IMG/VR virus record: IMGVR_UViG_3300001485_000138
Span: 22,675-86,674 of that record
Direction: 5' to 3' (one strand)
Length of the DNA stretch: 64,000 nt
Source of the DNA: a virus
Lineage: Duplodnaviria > Caudoviricetes
This document shows positions 20,501 to 29,275 of the stretch, piece by piece. The first letter of the stretch is position 1. Each line of letters opens with the position of its first letter. The notes under the pieces are model-generated. The model ran no database searches, had not been told where the DNA came from, and was given only the letters and a program-made list of their open reading frames with translations. The position numbers and the translations under genes are program-made.

Positions 20501-23035
20501 AACAGAGGGATTAAGGTTAACACTGTAATTGATGAGTTAGTAGATGATTTGAAAGGTAATATCGAGGGACAGTATAACAATGATACCTCCAACTTATCAG
20601 AAGAAAATCTGGCTCTGGCCATACTTAATGAGAGGCGATTCTTGGAAGAAGATGAGAAAAACACAAGAGACCAATACATCAAGAATAATGCAAGGATGCA
20701 GATTGATGTTCTTGAATTATTCGGAAAAATCATTTCTGCTGCTAATGATGTGTCTCAGTTTGTGTTAAATACAAAATTCACTGCTTCAAATGCTGTCAGC
20801 TCTACCTTCGGAGGTATGTATGCACAGCAACTTAGAGTAGATGAATACCTCAAAAAGTTTCCAAAAGCCCTCAAAGACAAATCTAAAGGTAAAAATGACA
20901 AAGATAATCCTAAAGATAAGAAAGAATTAAGCTACGATGCCAAAGTATCTAAACAGTTATCTGATACTTATCCAGGATTCTTTGATTCTCCTATATCCAA
21001 CAACGAGACATTGCTTAAGCTTGTGAGCACTGAGGGCAAAACTCCTGAACAAATCAAGGAAGACAGAAAGAAATATCTTAAACTTGTAAGGTTTAATCCA
21101 TTTGCTTATGAACAAGCTATGTATGATGCTAACCGTGCAGCCATAAAAACTCTTGGTAAATACTATCCTTATGAGACAGAACTTTATAGGAAAATAAGGG
21201 AGAAGATGCAAAATCTTGCAGCTTTTGGTACTCTGTCTGAGGATGAAATCAATGATATTCATGGAGACCTGTGCATAGCATTACTTGCTTCACAATCTGC
21301 TTCTTATTTCAATGGGGAAGCTCTGTATAGACCCAACTCAACCCTCACTAACAGAGAGTATTACAGGGAGAAGTTTGCTGGAAAACTTGCAGATATGATT
21401 GCTAAGGACCCTGATGGTCTTGGAAGCTTGGAGGTATTCAAGTATATAACTCCTTCCGTGGAAATAGTAGCACAGCCTAAGAAGAAAGGTATAGCACAGC
21501 CATCTATAGAAGTATGGAGCCTCAGAGTACAGGATGTAGGAGGATTAAGCACTGATATAAAGGAGGCTATACGGGAAAGCTGGGCTTCACTCATGGAGAT
21601 GGATGAAGATGGAGACTTTGTAAATCCTGAATATGCTGAACTGGGTAAAGACTTGTTTATGTATTGCTTCTACCAGCTTGGATTTGATTTTAGTCCCTTG
21701 TCATTCATGCATCTGGCTCCTACAGATGTGAAGAATAACATCATTGTAGAAAGAAGTGATATGTTACCTCTGGAAGCTTTTGATAAGATAAATCCTCCAA
21801 GACAGAACAGTCCAAGTGATGATGTCTTAGTATGGTCTGAAGGAGTAACAGGAGGTAAAGACAGGGTTCTTGAGTTTGGGGAATATGCAATAAATGATAA
21901 TGTGTTGTTCAAAAATGCTTATAAACTTCCTACTAACTTGGTAGGTAACTATACAGCTGTGATACAACTCATACAGACAGCTAAAAATCACCCTGAACTG
22001 ACTTTCAAGATAGACAGGCAACTGACTCAGGAAGAGTTTGATATGTTTACCAAAGATTCTCATGTAGAGGGAGTACCTTCTAACATTAAATTCTCACAAG
22101 CTACATTAGACAATGTGTCTCAAGAAAGTAGGGAGAAGATAGAATATGGTAGATATAGAACTTATAGGGAGTTTCTGAATGAAATTCTTGATGGTAAGGT
22201 TGATATGAATGCTGATGATTTTGCTCAGATGTTCATACTTAACCATCTTGACTACCCACGGTTCACTCTTGATACAAACAAAACACATAAGAACCTCAGA
22301 AAGCTTATACAGAAAAAAGCAGGAGTAACAGCAGAAACAAGGAGAATGCCTGATACAATAGAAATTGATATTTCAGGAGAAAACAAAGAGGTTATCAAGA
22401 ATCTGGCATCTGTGGAAAAAACCAACGGAGAAATAACCAAGGTTACATGGAGACCTTGTATAAAGGTTAATAACACTTACTATCTTGCTCAAGGTAATGG
22501 TGGAAGTTTCAATGAGACAACTAACCCAACTATAACTTATGTGAAGATAGAACCTAAAGGTACTAAAAAAGCTCTTAAATATGATGATGGACAGACACTG
22601 AAACCTTCATTAAGATACTCAACTTCTGTAGGACAACTGCTTACTGTAAGTACCAAGATGGGAAATACTCCTCAAGAAACTCAGGAAGAAGGTAATCCTG
22701 ACAATACTCCTGCACCTGATAATAGCAACAATGGACAGCAACTTGTTGATGACAACATGCAGCCTGAAGAACCTATAGCTGCTAATAATGGGAACCCATC
22801 AAGCTTAGGTGAGTTGCGTGGCACTTTGAAAACAGGAGTAATAAATGAGTATGTAAGGGCTATTGAGATGAGGAATAATGGTATATCAGAGGCAGAAAGA
22901 CAAAGTGTTAAACAAGCTATTACCAATCTGTCTGATGATGATTTACTTTCAGAAATAAACCTCATAAGGGATGCTTGCAGGAGAAATGGAGTAATAGTAT
23001 TGGATGAAGAAGGAAATCCTGTCAAGTCATGCTAA
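14525..23035 (+). CDS. virion-packaged DNA-dependent RNA polymerase (crAss-type single-chain double-psi-barrel RNAP)
   Basis: About 2836 aa. Catalytic GFDFDIDKL (DFDID at 19457-19471), plus SLTDGQG and YRIPTE motifs. Confidence 0.9.
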   Translation: MNKLICYTVNKHIDGYIASRFGWKPEYKERGMSPYTIASLRGVYDQYHPENHLLDDNKTEFTDEELEEAYKKLAEFRRVINSTTRQKLAGNLKRMNEAFDSLRHAFTVEQRKSRISYLTAAFSSEVDRLMRGNNFDRDNLINGFYTTTGEYVGGPLAIFSSVYNHIAYLRQNYYSRYKNAELGFNKDKDKLNFAFAPTNVEEYRTLMKERYEAYSSILEHWEELLPFVFKNLMVTEGLKMGIKNEYATAASTDSFGENDIAAKWEISESKRDGWQENSDLQSAFGSVGKQVRRVLATCPELVPVPVEDAAGNVVRIEYKIAYDDLGNVKFRDPVETHQAIIEMLRGVQNSDDMYKRLVKEGTNNAKIPWMQPVVNLLSDPTVRTQFFVDFRRVFQPYSASFEDKESSSNFIKKVKTRILNRPTNMLLGKFKTLMSKKGVLPKSVRMWKTKTVFKPGKEGGTINWERLVEVKKAVQKWVVADKNKGIFSEAPLIDRGEGITINIEGKSQEVTHDLKRKFLMEVFTSFGFDVLPDTVESILLSPDIYEVKRQLERLFSDNGGIKFAMNGIGEIATEHYGKIKISDRYGTLSNPSKSKEDKEEAEKALDEAKLTMQKLYGTKRNDGYPVADCIEKLLNIINKHQEGYRVESRVRYMDNTLYSFVSPSYLGDRLEAIEAYVNNNDKAGLKSFLEKEYLRSPYFVDDECLVNGPDTNGKGILNMWVRELYAACQNNNVPLSDSVAAIFSFERNLGSDIKKFEDFTAREHGVDMLIHFFADEQQGKTFGGRNKKDLNRRLSALFPVFVLGDAGVSKYIRAPRITSPHSVDAEGNKTIEEDKIKGVAFEFDNYAKRDVLENFYNVFTQEMRRMDLDKIIAKSYTLYANGKPVEHGEREFSILTFLNPNSQEYKPEYNPFNADGTAKSKDEIMDIINKYLNDATERFTNRLEKLGVLDTTTVGNTQVLRHLSSIANPSNIGSKIEEFFWNTKLATIQQLQMMTIDPAFYANTKDLQKRYKEIHAPGSILDVRAIDIYAPNAGTRYSDGIERVVYFDDLSLNAEVFNPEFMEAILRNFAAPGVTKEDIDQAVADNILSPRDSKEEETKRINRLSELLGSNYKIYDVYMKNSLTDGQGYRTLHSYRKVMGMAGKWTPEMQSAYETIMNIRNTHAIWENGKIVDYSELTDEEMKQLGDLAVIFQPIKPYMFTHETIPVEVNLKKDGKTVVGLDEKPVTKKTVHYIPVQHKYAEAVIIPELLPKGHKLRDLGYWMDENNVDMIGSTKIAKVGAYGQADFSDVKDKSDLYGRLNNSSVVIHSLDYSDYRIQTNVPEHINSSQLFGTQIRKLIMAGLLDSKDYSDYINGHVVNLEAGDGRNTETRLLGNNLLAFYNSLHTANIMDSYNIFANNATDIIKMAELLQQSTVTSMREAMDNILSYVVTGSEKELQRFLIPLFEGGLEHDSAALILSTFKKIVNKQQISGGSAVQVSAFGIQGYEEDGDLRYVTDPDNAANVLYAEVEMPFDKSITVDVATKDGTVKKPVSLSYDKYCFHDGHLRPMDKALEKGTKEWKKYQSYTYKRVDGKLVPCKYNDPQAEVHKPLIEEEYPDCLSFIAYRIPTERAYSMMNCQIKRFTSKVAGGTIKVPAQGTTIAGFDFDIDKLYFMLREYHKHYKSEMYVENNFSNKDKQDIWNRVYEKYPDVKVALIAARSTAEFQNPELTTDESKRPALNSYWEAADIEARFGLNKRTAFAEAALELDIKPTKNVVTGETSEWLETYDFSKTPEENTRASRNNILISLIQARLMDADTMNARYTPGGFDNASRAARFMRELMHGDMEGVTKTNGSQYTAIYINEILKRYDDKKAQDPEPNYDPSDPYTILYYNQQNQIAGKLIGIFANQNTNHAFVSAMELFELKEPIEFCGHKFKDLLHKNTPMAAEIDTNMANFLGAAVDAVKDPTLNFLNLNTVTADAGAMLARLGYNLREIGLLFNQPVIRKACEEALNRGIKVNTVIDELVDDLKGNIEGQYNNDTSNLSEENLALAILNERRFLEEDEKNTRDQYIKNNARMQIDVLELFGKIISAANDVSQFVLNTKFTASNAVSSTFGGMYAQQLRVDEYLKKFPKALKDKSKGKNDKDNPKDKKELSYDAKVSKQLSDTYPGFFDSPISNNETLLKLVSTEGKTPEQIKEDRKKYLKLVRFNPFAYEQAMYDANRAAIKTLGKYYPYETELYRKIREKMQNLAAFGTLSEDEINDIHGDLCIALLASQSASYFNGEALYRPNSTLTNREYYREKFAGKLADMIAKDPDGLGSLEVFKYITPSVEIVAQPKKKGIAQPSIEVWSLRVQDVGGLSTDIKEAIRESWASLMEMDEDGDFVNPEYAELGKDLFMYCFYQLGFDFSPLSFMHLAPTDVKNNIIVERSDMLPLEAFDKINPPRQNSPSDDVLVWSEGVTGGKDRVLEFGEYAINDNVLFKNAYKLPTNLVGNYTAVIQLIQTAKNHPELTFKIDRQLTQEEFDMFTKDSHVEGVPSNIKFSQATLDNVSQESREKIEYGRYRTYREFLNEILDGKVDMNADDFAQMFILNHLDYPRFTLDTNKTHKNLRKLIQKKAGVTAETRRMPDTIEIDISGENKEVIKNLASVEKTNGEITKVTWRPCIKVNNTYYLAQGNGGSFNETTNPTITYVKIEPKGTKKALKYDDGQTLKPSLRYSTSVGQLLTVSTKMGNTPQETQEEGNPDNTPAPDNSNNGQQLVDDNMQPEEPIAANNGNPSSLGELRGTLKTGVINEYVRAIEMRNNGISEAERQSVKQAITNLSDDDLLSEINLIRDACRRNGVIVLDEEGNPVKSC

Positions 23036-23083
23036 CTCTATAACCTTTATAACTTCTATAAATAACAGATAAAATTCAATAAT

Positions 23084-26000
23084 ATGGCAGAAGCATGTGC
23101 ATTAAAAGCTCATGTCAAGAATCCTCAAGGAGAAATAGTGGAAAGCAGGTTATTCAATGACCTGCTCCACTACACCTCCAATGACAGACAGCTTACAAAG
23201 GAATACTATGCTGTAGGTACTGATAAGGATTTTCTTAACATGGTGCAGGATAGGGAAGAGTTTAAAACTGATGAAAATGGGGAGATTACATTTGCTTCCC
23301 TCAGAACTCTTACCAAGATGGACATTGAAGCAGATAAACTGCTGAAAGTCTTAAACAAGGATATTGGTCAGGGGGAATATGACTATGAAGAAGCTCTGAG
23401 AAGAGTGCAGAACTTCAATACCCATAATCCTATGGCTGATAGGGCTATGGCTATACTGACCCCTACATCTGGTGGCAGATACACAGTAAGTGTAACTATG
23501 AATACATCTACTGTTACTGATATTGATGGTAAGGAATCTAAAGAATCTAATGTGTCTGACACACAAAAGAAACTTCATGATACCGTAAGAAACAAAGAGG
23601 TTGAAAAAAGAATCATAGCTCTGCTAAGAGGGCATCATGTCTCTGTAGATTTCCTTGAGAATAAACAAGATGGAGGAAGATATTCTACTGAAAATATTTC
23701 TGCTGCTGAAGATGGCCTGTATGCTCTCATTACAATAAATGGGGGAGGCAATGTCACTGATACTCTTGCTGAGGAAGCAGGACACTTTGCTATAGGTGCC
23801 ATGGGAAATCACCCATTAGTACAAAGGCTGGAAAAGATACTATCAAGTCCTGAAGCTCAAAAGGAAGCATTGGGACAGGAAGAATATGAGAATACTGCAC
23901 TTGGTAAAAATCCTGCAAGGGAAGTAGCAGGTAGGTTGGTAGGTAAAGCCTTGCAAAGAAAACTTGGCAACAACTCTTCAATAAATGTATTAGCTAACAG
24001 AATTGCCAATATAGCCAAAAGAATGTTTGCTAAGATTTCAGGAAATGAAGTAAGATGGGCTGCTGCTAAAGCTGAACAGATTGCTAACAGAATTGCATAC
24101 CAGTTTATTGAAGGTAACAGTAACTTCTCTGTGCAGAATGCAATAGACATTGAGGAAACTATGATGCATGGTACTACAACCATGAATCAAAGGATATTCA
24201 GAGATACAGTAGATGAGTTGGGAAGGCTATGTAAAAGACTGGAAGCTATATCTGAGGATAACTTTGCAGGACAGGCTAACATGGCTTTAGGTCTGTCTAT
24301 GCTGGCTAGTGTAGATGAAACAAGTGGAGAGTCTGCACTTCAAATGGCAGGACAGACTGCTGATGCATTTGCATTTGATGGTGTTGTACAAGCTGTAGTG
24401 CAAATATCCAACTTTCTCGGTCAGGGAATGAGGATTGACAACATGCTTAGTGAGATAGACTCGAGGAATCCTTCCAAGTTCTATACTAACATGGCTGCTA
24501 ATGGTAGGAAACTAAGGCAGGTAAGAACATTTCTTTACAGTGCAAGAAGCATTATAGATAATATAAGTCAATCTCTTGACTATGATGCAAGAGTAAAACT
24601 AAACACTGTAGGACCTTCAGCACATGAAGTGCAATACCAAGATTCTAATAATGTGTGGCAAACACTTGACTTGATAAACACCTTGGAACAATGTTCAAAG
24701 CTGGTAAGGCACTATGAACAAAAGCTTAATATAAAGGAATCTGCTTACTTTGCACAATTCTGCACTGATGTATATGGACATAAATATATATCTGGTGCTA
24801 CTGGAGTATTATGGAAAGACATCAGAGAAGGACAATCTGCTGGTGAAGAAAGAAAAATAACATTTGAGGATGCAATCAGTGGGGAAGGTATAACTGATAT
24901 AGATATATTCCACAGATTCCTCGGCTCTATGTCTAACAATCCTGATGTTGTAGGACAGATTGCTGATAAAGTAATGAAGACTGCCAATAAAAATGCAGAT
25001 GACTTTACACTAAGGGATACAGAAGACATCCTGATACTTGATCAGAGAGCAAGAGATTTAGGACTTAACATGAGTGACCTTATGGAAAAAGACACTGAAG
25101 GTGTTCCTACAGGTAATCTCATAACTCCTCCTGCACAACCTAATGATAACAATCCTGAAGAAACTGCCATATACAATGCCTACATGAACGAACTTAACTA
25201 TGTACCTGCTATCAATCATGGGGCTTGGGAAGCTGCAAGAGACAAGGCTAAACAAGAGGCTTGGGAGGAATTCAAAGAGGCTAACCCAGGATGGGAATCA
25301 TGGGTTGGTATATATAGAGGACTGAAATGGGATGAGTTTTATCGCAAAAGGTATAAGGAATGGAATAAAAACAACAGTATCCTTATCAAAGTAACTAATC
25401 CTCAGACAGGAAGAGAATACTCTAAGTGGATTCCTAATGGTATATATACTACAGATGCATGGAGCGAACTTGAGAAGAAATACCCTAAGAAAGGAAATGA
25501 TTCTATACTCAGATGGGTATCTGACTATATGGCTGTCAAGAAGAGGTTAGATGATAAACTTCCTATGGAAGCCACATTGTCTTACAGATTACCACAAGTA
25601 AGAGGTACTTTGATAGATACCATGCGTAATACTGAAATGCAACAGAGTGGTAATTTCAGGCGATTTAAAGCTTTCAACAAAGGATTAAGAAGAAGAATAC
25701 TTGACTCATTTGTTGTACAGGCAGATGAGACAGATTTTGGAGATATGTCAACTATGAACTCTTCTAAGGATGAGCTGCTTGGAACTCCACTCAACTATGA
25801 ACAGGAGAGGTCAATGAGACTTACCACCTTTGGTATCAATAAATTAGATGATATGAGAGATTTATCTAACGATATATTAGGCTCTCTTATTGCATACTCC
25901 TCAATGGCCAATTCCTACATGTGTACAGATGCTGTAGTAGATGCACTGGAGGTAGGAAGGTCAACACTATATACAAGAGAATTCAAGGATGACTGGTTAG

Positions 26001-27994
26001 ACAGGCAGCTTAAGAAAACTAAGGGAGGAAAGGCTCTATATAAAAAGATGAACTCTTACAGAAAACCTCAAGGCATTACTGAAACTATATATGAAGGTTC
26101 TAAGAACAGGGCATTTAACAGGTATATCAAGTTCCTCGACAAACAGGTATATGGAATTTCTTCAAGTTATTTTAGTTTCTCACTTTTTGGTAAGCAAATA
26201 GTACCTGCAAGAATCATGAACAATCTAAGCAGTCTGGCAGGATTTACTTACCTGCAAGGTAATGTTCTTGGCGGTATGGTAAATACCAATACTGGTTTCC
26301 TCAATATATTCAAAGAAGCTCTGTCAAGTGAGTTTTTCAATACTAAAGATTGGGGATGGGCACATAGATGGTATTTTAAACACTTCTTCCAAATGTGGGG
26401 GTCTGATGCTGGTAAAATACACAAAAATAATAAGCTGGGACTATTCCTTGAAATGGTAAATGCTCAAGGAGATAACAAAACTAAATTCAGGCATTGGAGA
26501 ACTAACAGAAGCAGAGTTACCAACTTCCTTAATATGTCAGGGTATCTCCCCTACTCTTCTGGAGACCACTACATGCAGGCCATGTCATACCTCTCTGTTG
26601 CTCATGGAACAAATCTATATGACATCTATGGTAATAAAGTTTCTAACCTGTGGGATGCCTATAAGACAAGAGAGAATAAGGATGACTTAGGTGATTTCAA
26701 GAAAGGCAAAACCATTGAGTTTGAAAAACTAAACCCTGTGGCAGCTACATCCATAACAATAAAAGACATAGATTCTAAGGGAGTTTATCTTAAACCTATA
26801 AAGAGAAATGACCAAACATTCTATGAGTGGGCTATAACTCAAGATGCAAGATTTGCTGATGATGCTTACAGAAGGGATAATCAGTATGAGTATTTCCAAC
26901 TTAAGGAAAAGTTTGACAACTTATCTGAGAAAGAACTCATGCAGTACGTATCACAAAGATATCAATTAGCAGAAAGTATCCTCAGAAAAGTTGAAAACTA
27001 TAAGAATGACACAAGTCCACTTAAAGTAGTTCCAACTTTTACACAAGAGGAAGAAGACTACCTGAGAATGTTAGGAAGAGGTGATACAGAATACGACAAT
27101 ATCCTTGCATCTGTCAAGAATGATATATTCAGCTTGATATGGAATAAAGATGAAGAGTCTGCATATATGGACAAATGTCGTGAAATAAATAACAGGCTGC
27201 ATGGTATATATAATCAGCAAGATAAAACTGCTGCACAACAAAACTGGTTCTTTAATGCTGTACTTGCTATGAGGGGATGGGCTCTTGGAAATCTTGAAAA
27301 TATGTGGTCAAATAATCACTACAGTATGGCTCTTGACAGATATACTGAAGGATTTATGAACACTGCCCTTAAAGTAGGTATTGATGGTTTTTGGAGAAGA
27401 AGGATAGATACCGAAAATAGGCTTACCATAATACAAGCTCTGACAGCCATTACTGTTCCTTGGTCTCAAAGAAGCAAGAACGCTATGAATAAAGCTGGGT
27501 ATTCTATTACACAGTATAATAATATGAAAAGATTTGCTGCACACATGTACCTCATGACGTTGTTATATCTTGCTAAATGGGCTACTACGCCTCCTCCAAA
27601 AGAAGAAGATGAAGATGGAAACCCTTGGATAGTAAATATGATGTATTACCTATCCATGCGTGCATACTATGAACAATCTGCATTAGCAGCTTCTATTGAC
27701 TTCATAAACTCTGCAACCGAAATGCATCAGCTTGCAGAAATAGTACCGGTAGGTATTTCTGCTACTATTCAATTAGGAGAATTGCTATGGCAGCTTGTCA
27801 ACACCCCATTCCATGAAGAAGATAATAGTGATTACTACTATCAACAGGACGATCCAAATGGAAAATATAAGGAAGGTGATTGGAAAGCTCTTATTAAAAT
27901 CAGAGGCATGATACCATATTATAAATCCCTATGGGGACTTCAGCACCCAGATGCAGCTGCTGATGCTTATTCATTCGGAAGAAAGATGAAATAA
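23084..27994 (+). CDS. giant virion (ejection) protein, 1636 aa
   Basis: Directly follows the RNAP gene. Large and helical-looking, with a zincin-like segment TLAEEAGHF. Confidence 0.7.
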   Translation: MAEACALKAHVKNPQGEIVESRLFNDLLHYTSNDRQLTKEYYAVGTDKDFLNMVQDREEFKTDENGEITFASLRTLTKMDIEADKLLKVLNKDIGQGEYDYEEALRRVQNFNTHNPMADRAMAILTPTSGGRYTVSVTMNTSTVTDIDGKESKESNVSDTQKKLHDTVRNKEVEKRIIALLRGHHVSVDFLENKQDGGRYSTENISAAEDGLYALITINGGGNVTDTLAEEAGHFAIGAMGNHPLVQRLEKILSSPEAQKEALGQEEYENTALGKNPAREVAGRLVGKALQRKLGNNSSINVLANRIANIAKRMFAKISGNEVRWAAAKAEQIANRIAYQFIEGNSNFSVQNAIDIEETMMHGTTTMNQRIFRDTVDELGRLCKRLEAISEDNFAGQANMALGLSMLASVDETSGESALQMAGQTADAFAFDGVVQAVVQISNFLGQGMRIDNMLSEIDSRNPSKFYTNMAANGRKLRQVRTFLYSARSIIDNISQSLDYDARVKLNTVGPSAHEVQYQDSNNVWQTLDLINTLEQCSKLVRHYEQKLNIKESAYFAQFCTDVYGHKYISGATGVLWKDIREGQSAGEERKITFEDAISGEGITDIDIFHRFLGSMSNNPDVVGQIADKVMKTANKNADDFTLRDTEDILILDQRARDLGLNMSDLMEKDTEGVPTGNLITPPAQPNDNNPEETAIYNAYMNELNYVPAINHGAWEAARDKAKQEAWEEFKEANPGWESWVGIYRGLKWDEFYRKRYKEWNKNNSILIKVTNPQTGREYSKWIPNGIYTTDAWSELEKKYPKKGNDSILRWVSDYMAVKKRLDDKLPMEATLSYRLPQVRGTLIDTMRNTEMQQSGNFRRFKAFNKGLRRRILDSFVVQADETDFGDMSTMNSSKDELLGTPLNYEQERSMRLTTFGINKLDDMRDLSNDILGSLIAYSSMANSYMCTDAVVDALEVGRSTLYTREFKDDWLDRQLKKTKGGKALYKKMNSYRKPQGITETIYEGSKNRAFNRYIKFLDKQVYGISSSYFSFSLFGKQIVPARIMNNLSSLAGFTYLQGNVLGGMVNTNTGFLNIFKEALSSEFFNTKDWGWAHRWYFKHFFQMWGSDAGKIHKNNKLGLFLEMVNAQGDNKTKFRHWRTNRSRVTNFLNMSGYLPYSSGDHYMQAMSYLSVAHGTNLYDIYGNKVSNLWDAYKTRENKDDLGDFKKGKTIEFEKLNPVAATSITIKDIDSKGVYLKPIKRNDQTFYEWAITQDARFADDAYRRDNQYEYFQLKEKFDNLSEKELMQYVSQRYQLAESILRKVENYKNDTSPLKVVPTFTQEEEDYLRMLGRGDTEYDNILASVKNDIFSLIWNKDEESAYMDKCREINNRLHGIYNQQDKTAAQQNWFFNAVLAMRGWALGNLENMWSNNHYSMALDRYTEGFMNTALKVGIDGFWRRRIDTENRLTIIQALTAITVPWSQRSKNAMNKAGYSITQYNNMKRFAAHMYLMTLLYLAKWATTPPPKEEDEDGNPWIVNMMYYLSMRAYYEQSALAASIDFINSATEMHQLAEIVPVGISATIQLGELLWQLVNTPFHEEDNSDYYYQQDDPNGKYKEGDWKALIKIRGMIPYYKSLWGLQHPDAAADAYSFGRKMK

Positions 27995-28048
27995 TAATTG
28001 CTATCTGGACTTTACAAATCATCCAGACTTGTTGATGAAAATGTTGTT

Positions 28049-28090
28049 AGGAGAGGGAGTAATACCAACTTCCTCTCCCTTTCTTTTTTC
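28049..28090 (+). terminator. intrinsic terminator after the RNAP operon
   Basis: AGGAGAGGGAGT / ACTTCCTCTCCCT imperfect stem followed by TTCTTTTTT. Confidence 0.7.
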
Positions 28091-28108
28091 CATCTGAGCC
28101 AAAACTCC

Positions 28109-28116
28109 TACCTTTG
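28109..28116 (+). promoter_or_regulatory. Bacteroidetes -7 element (TACCTTTG)
   Basis: 11 nt before ATG 28128. Confidence 0.7.
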
Positions 28117-28127
28117 CAGAAAAAGAC

Positions 28128-28775
28128 ATGTGGGAGAAAATCAAAAATAGCGGAATATCAAGAGGAATAAAAAAGCATATAAAAATTATAGCACTAATAT
28201 TCCTAATGGTAGAAGTATATATAATGTTTATAATAAATCCACACAATGAATACTCTACTTCTATTAAACTGTCGATTGCCATTTGTGGGTCTATTGCTAT
28301 TGATTTTTTATTATTGGGAATTATAGTGGCCATTTCAATAACCTACAATATTACAAAATCTGTAGCATACGGAATATGTAAAGGTTTAAAATTTATTAAA
28401 GAAAAATGTAAAAAGGAAAAAGACGCCTTTAAAGCAATCGGAGGATTTTTATTTATGATTATTCTTGTTGCTACTGGTATATGTGTTGTCTTTGCTGTAG
28501 GATGGGTTTTAGACCAAATTAAAGATATACTTGCAGTTATATTTTGTATTATTTTATATCTTATAATTATAATATTATACATTTATTTATTATGTCATAA
28601 TTACAAATATTTTAGAGAAAAGCATAGTATATTTGGTTCAAGCATGCTATCCTTCTTTAGATCGACTTTTATTTTTTGTATTATAGGAGGTGTACTACAT
28701 TTTATAGGAAAATGTGCACCAGATTTTGATACTACTGAATATCCAGGAAGATTAAAGATGGAACATCGTAGGTAA
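28128..28775 (+). CDS. AT-rich polytopic membrane protein
   Basis: About five long hydrophobic Ile/Phe-rich segments; it has its own promoter. Confidence 0.75.
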   Translation: MWEKIKNSGISRGIKKHIKIIALIFLMVEVYIMFIINPHNEYSTSIKLSIAICGSIAIDFLLLGIIVAISITYNITKSVAYGICKGLKFIKEKCKKEKDAFKAIGGFLFMIILVATGICVVFAVGWVLDQIKDILAVIFCIILYLIIIILYIYLLCHNYKYFREKHSIFGSSMLSFFRSTFIFCIIGGVLHFIGKCAPDFDTTEYPGRLKMEHRR

Positions 28776-28794
28776 ATGTAAAGTTTTCAGCAAT

Positions 28795-28823
28795 AGTCAG
28801 TGCAGCCTGATTTGGTCAGGCTG
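28795..28823 (+). repeat. family-1 hairpin element, copy 8
   Basis: AGTCAGTG-CAGCCTGA-TTTGG-TCAGGCTG. Confidence 0.9.
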
Positions 28824-28836
28824 TTCCTACATTTAC

Positions 28837-29268
28837 TCACACCTTCCTCCACTCCCTCCACATTCTCTCCACTAAATACCCTATAGTATAAGCAGGTTCC
28901 TCTCCTCTATCCTCAACATCATAGGCTAATAACATTGCCTGCTTCACATGTTCTGCCTCATGCACCAAAGAGTTAAGATAATCTCCTCTGTCTTCATGCT
29001 CATTAAACAGCACTATACTCACATGACTCTCCAAGTTACTATAAGTAACTGCCTTTGCCATCCCACTCCTCATCCACACATATATCTCTTCCAAGTCCCC
29101 TATTACCCCATCATAATAGGCATCCATAGTTAGTGCTTTGAAGTTTGGCTTCAAAGATAAAAACTCCTTCCTCACATCTCTAACCACATAACCAAAAAGG
29201 CTATAGTCCATATCATAATAAACTATAACCTTCCAGTATCCATCAACATCTATCACCTGTCTTCCCAT
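28837..29268 (-). CDS. HExxH zincin-like protein
   Basis: LVHEAEH followed by EEPAYTIGYL. Confidence 0.7.
   Translation of the reverse strand: MGRQVIDVDGYWKVIVYYDMDYSLFGYVVRDVRKEFLSLKPNFKALTMDAYYDGVIGDLEEIYVWMRSGMAKAVTYSNLESHVSIVLFNEHEDRGDYLNSLVHEAEHVKQAMLLAYDVEDRGEEPAYTIGYLVERMWREWRKV
29128..29156 (+). repeat. family-1 hairpin element, copy 9 (inside a - strand CDS)
   Basis: AGTTAGTG-CTTTGAAG-TTTGG-CTTCAAAG. Confidence 0.9.
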
Positions 29269-29275
29269 CTGTCCA

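Noticed and set aside
14340-28830. Actively invertible RNAP cassette
   Set aside because: I found no inverted repeats at the boundaries and no recombinase, and the flanking hairpin copies are direct rather than inverted.
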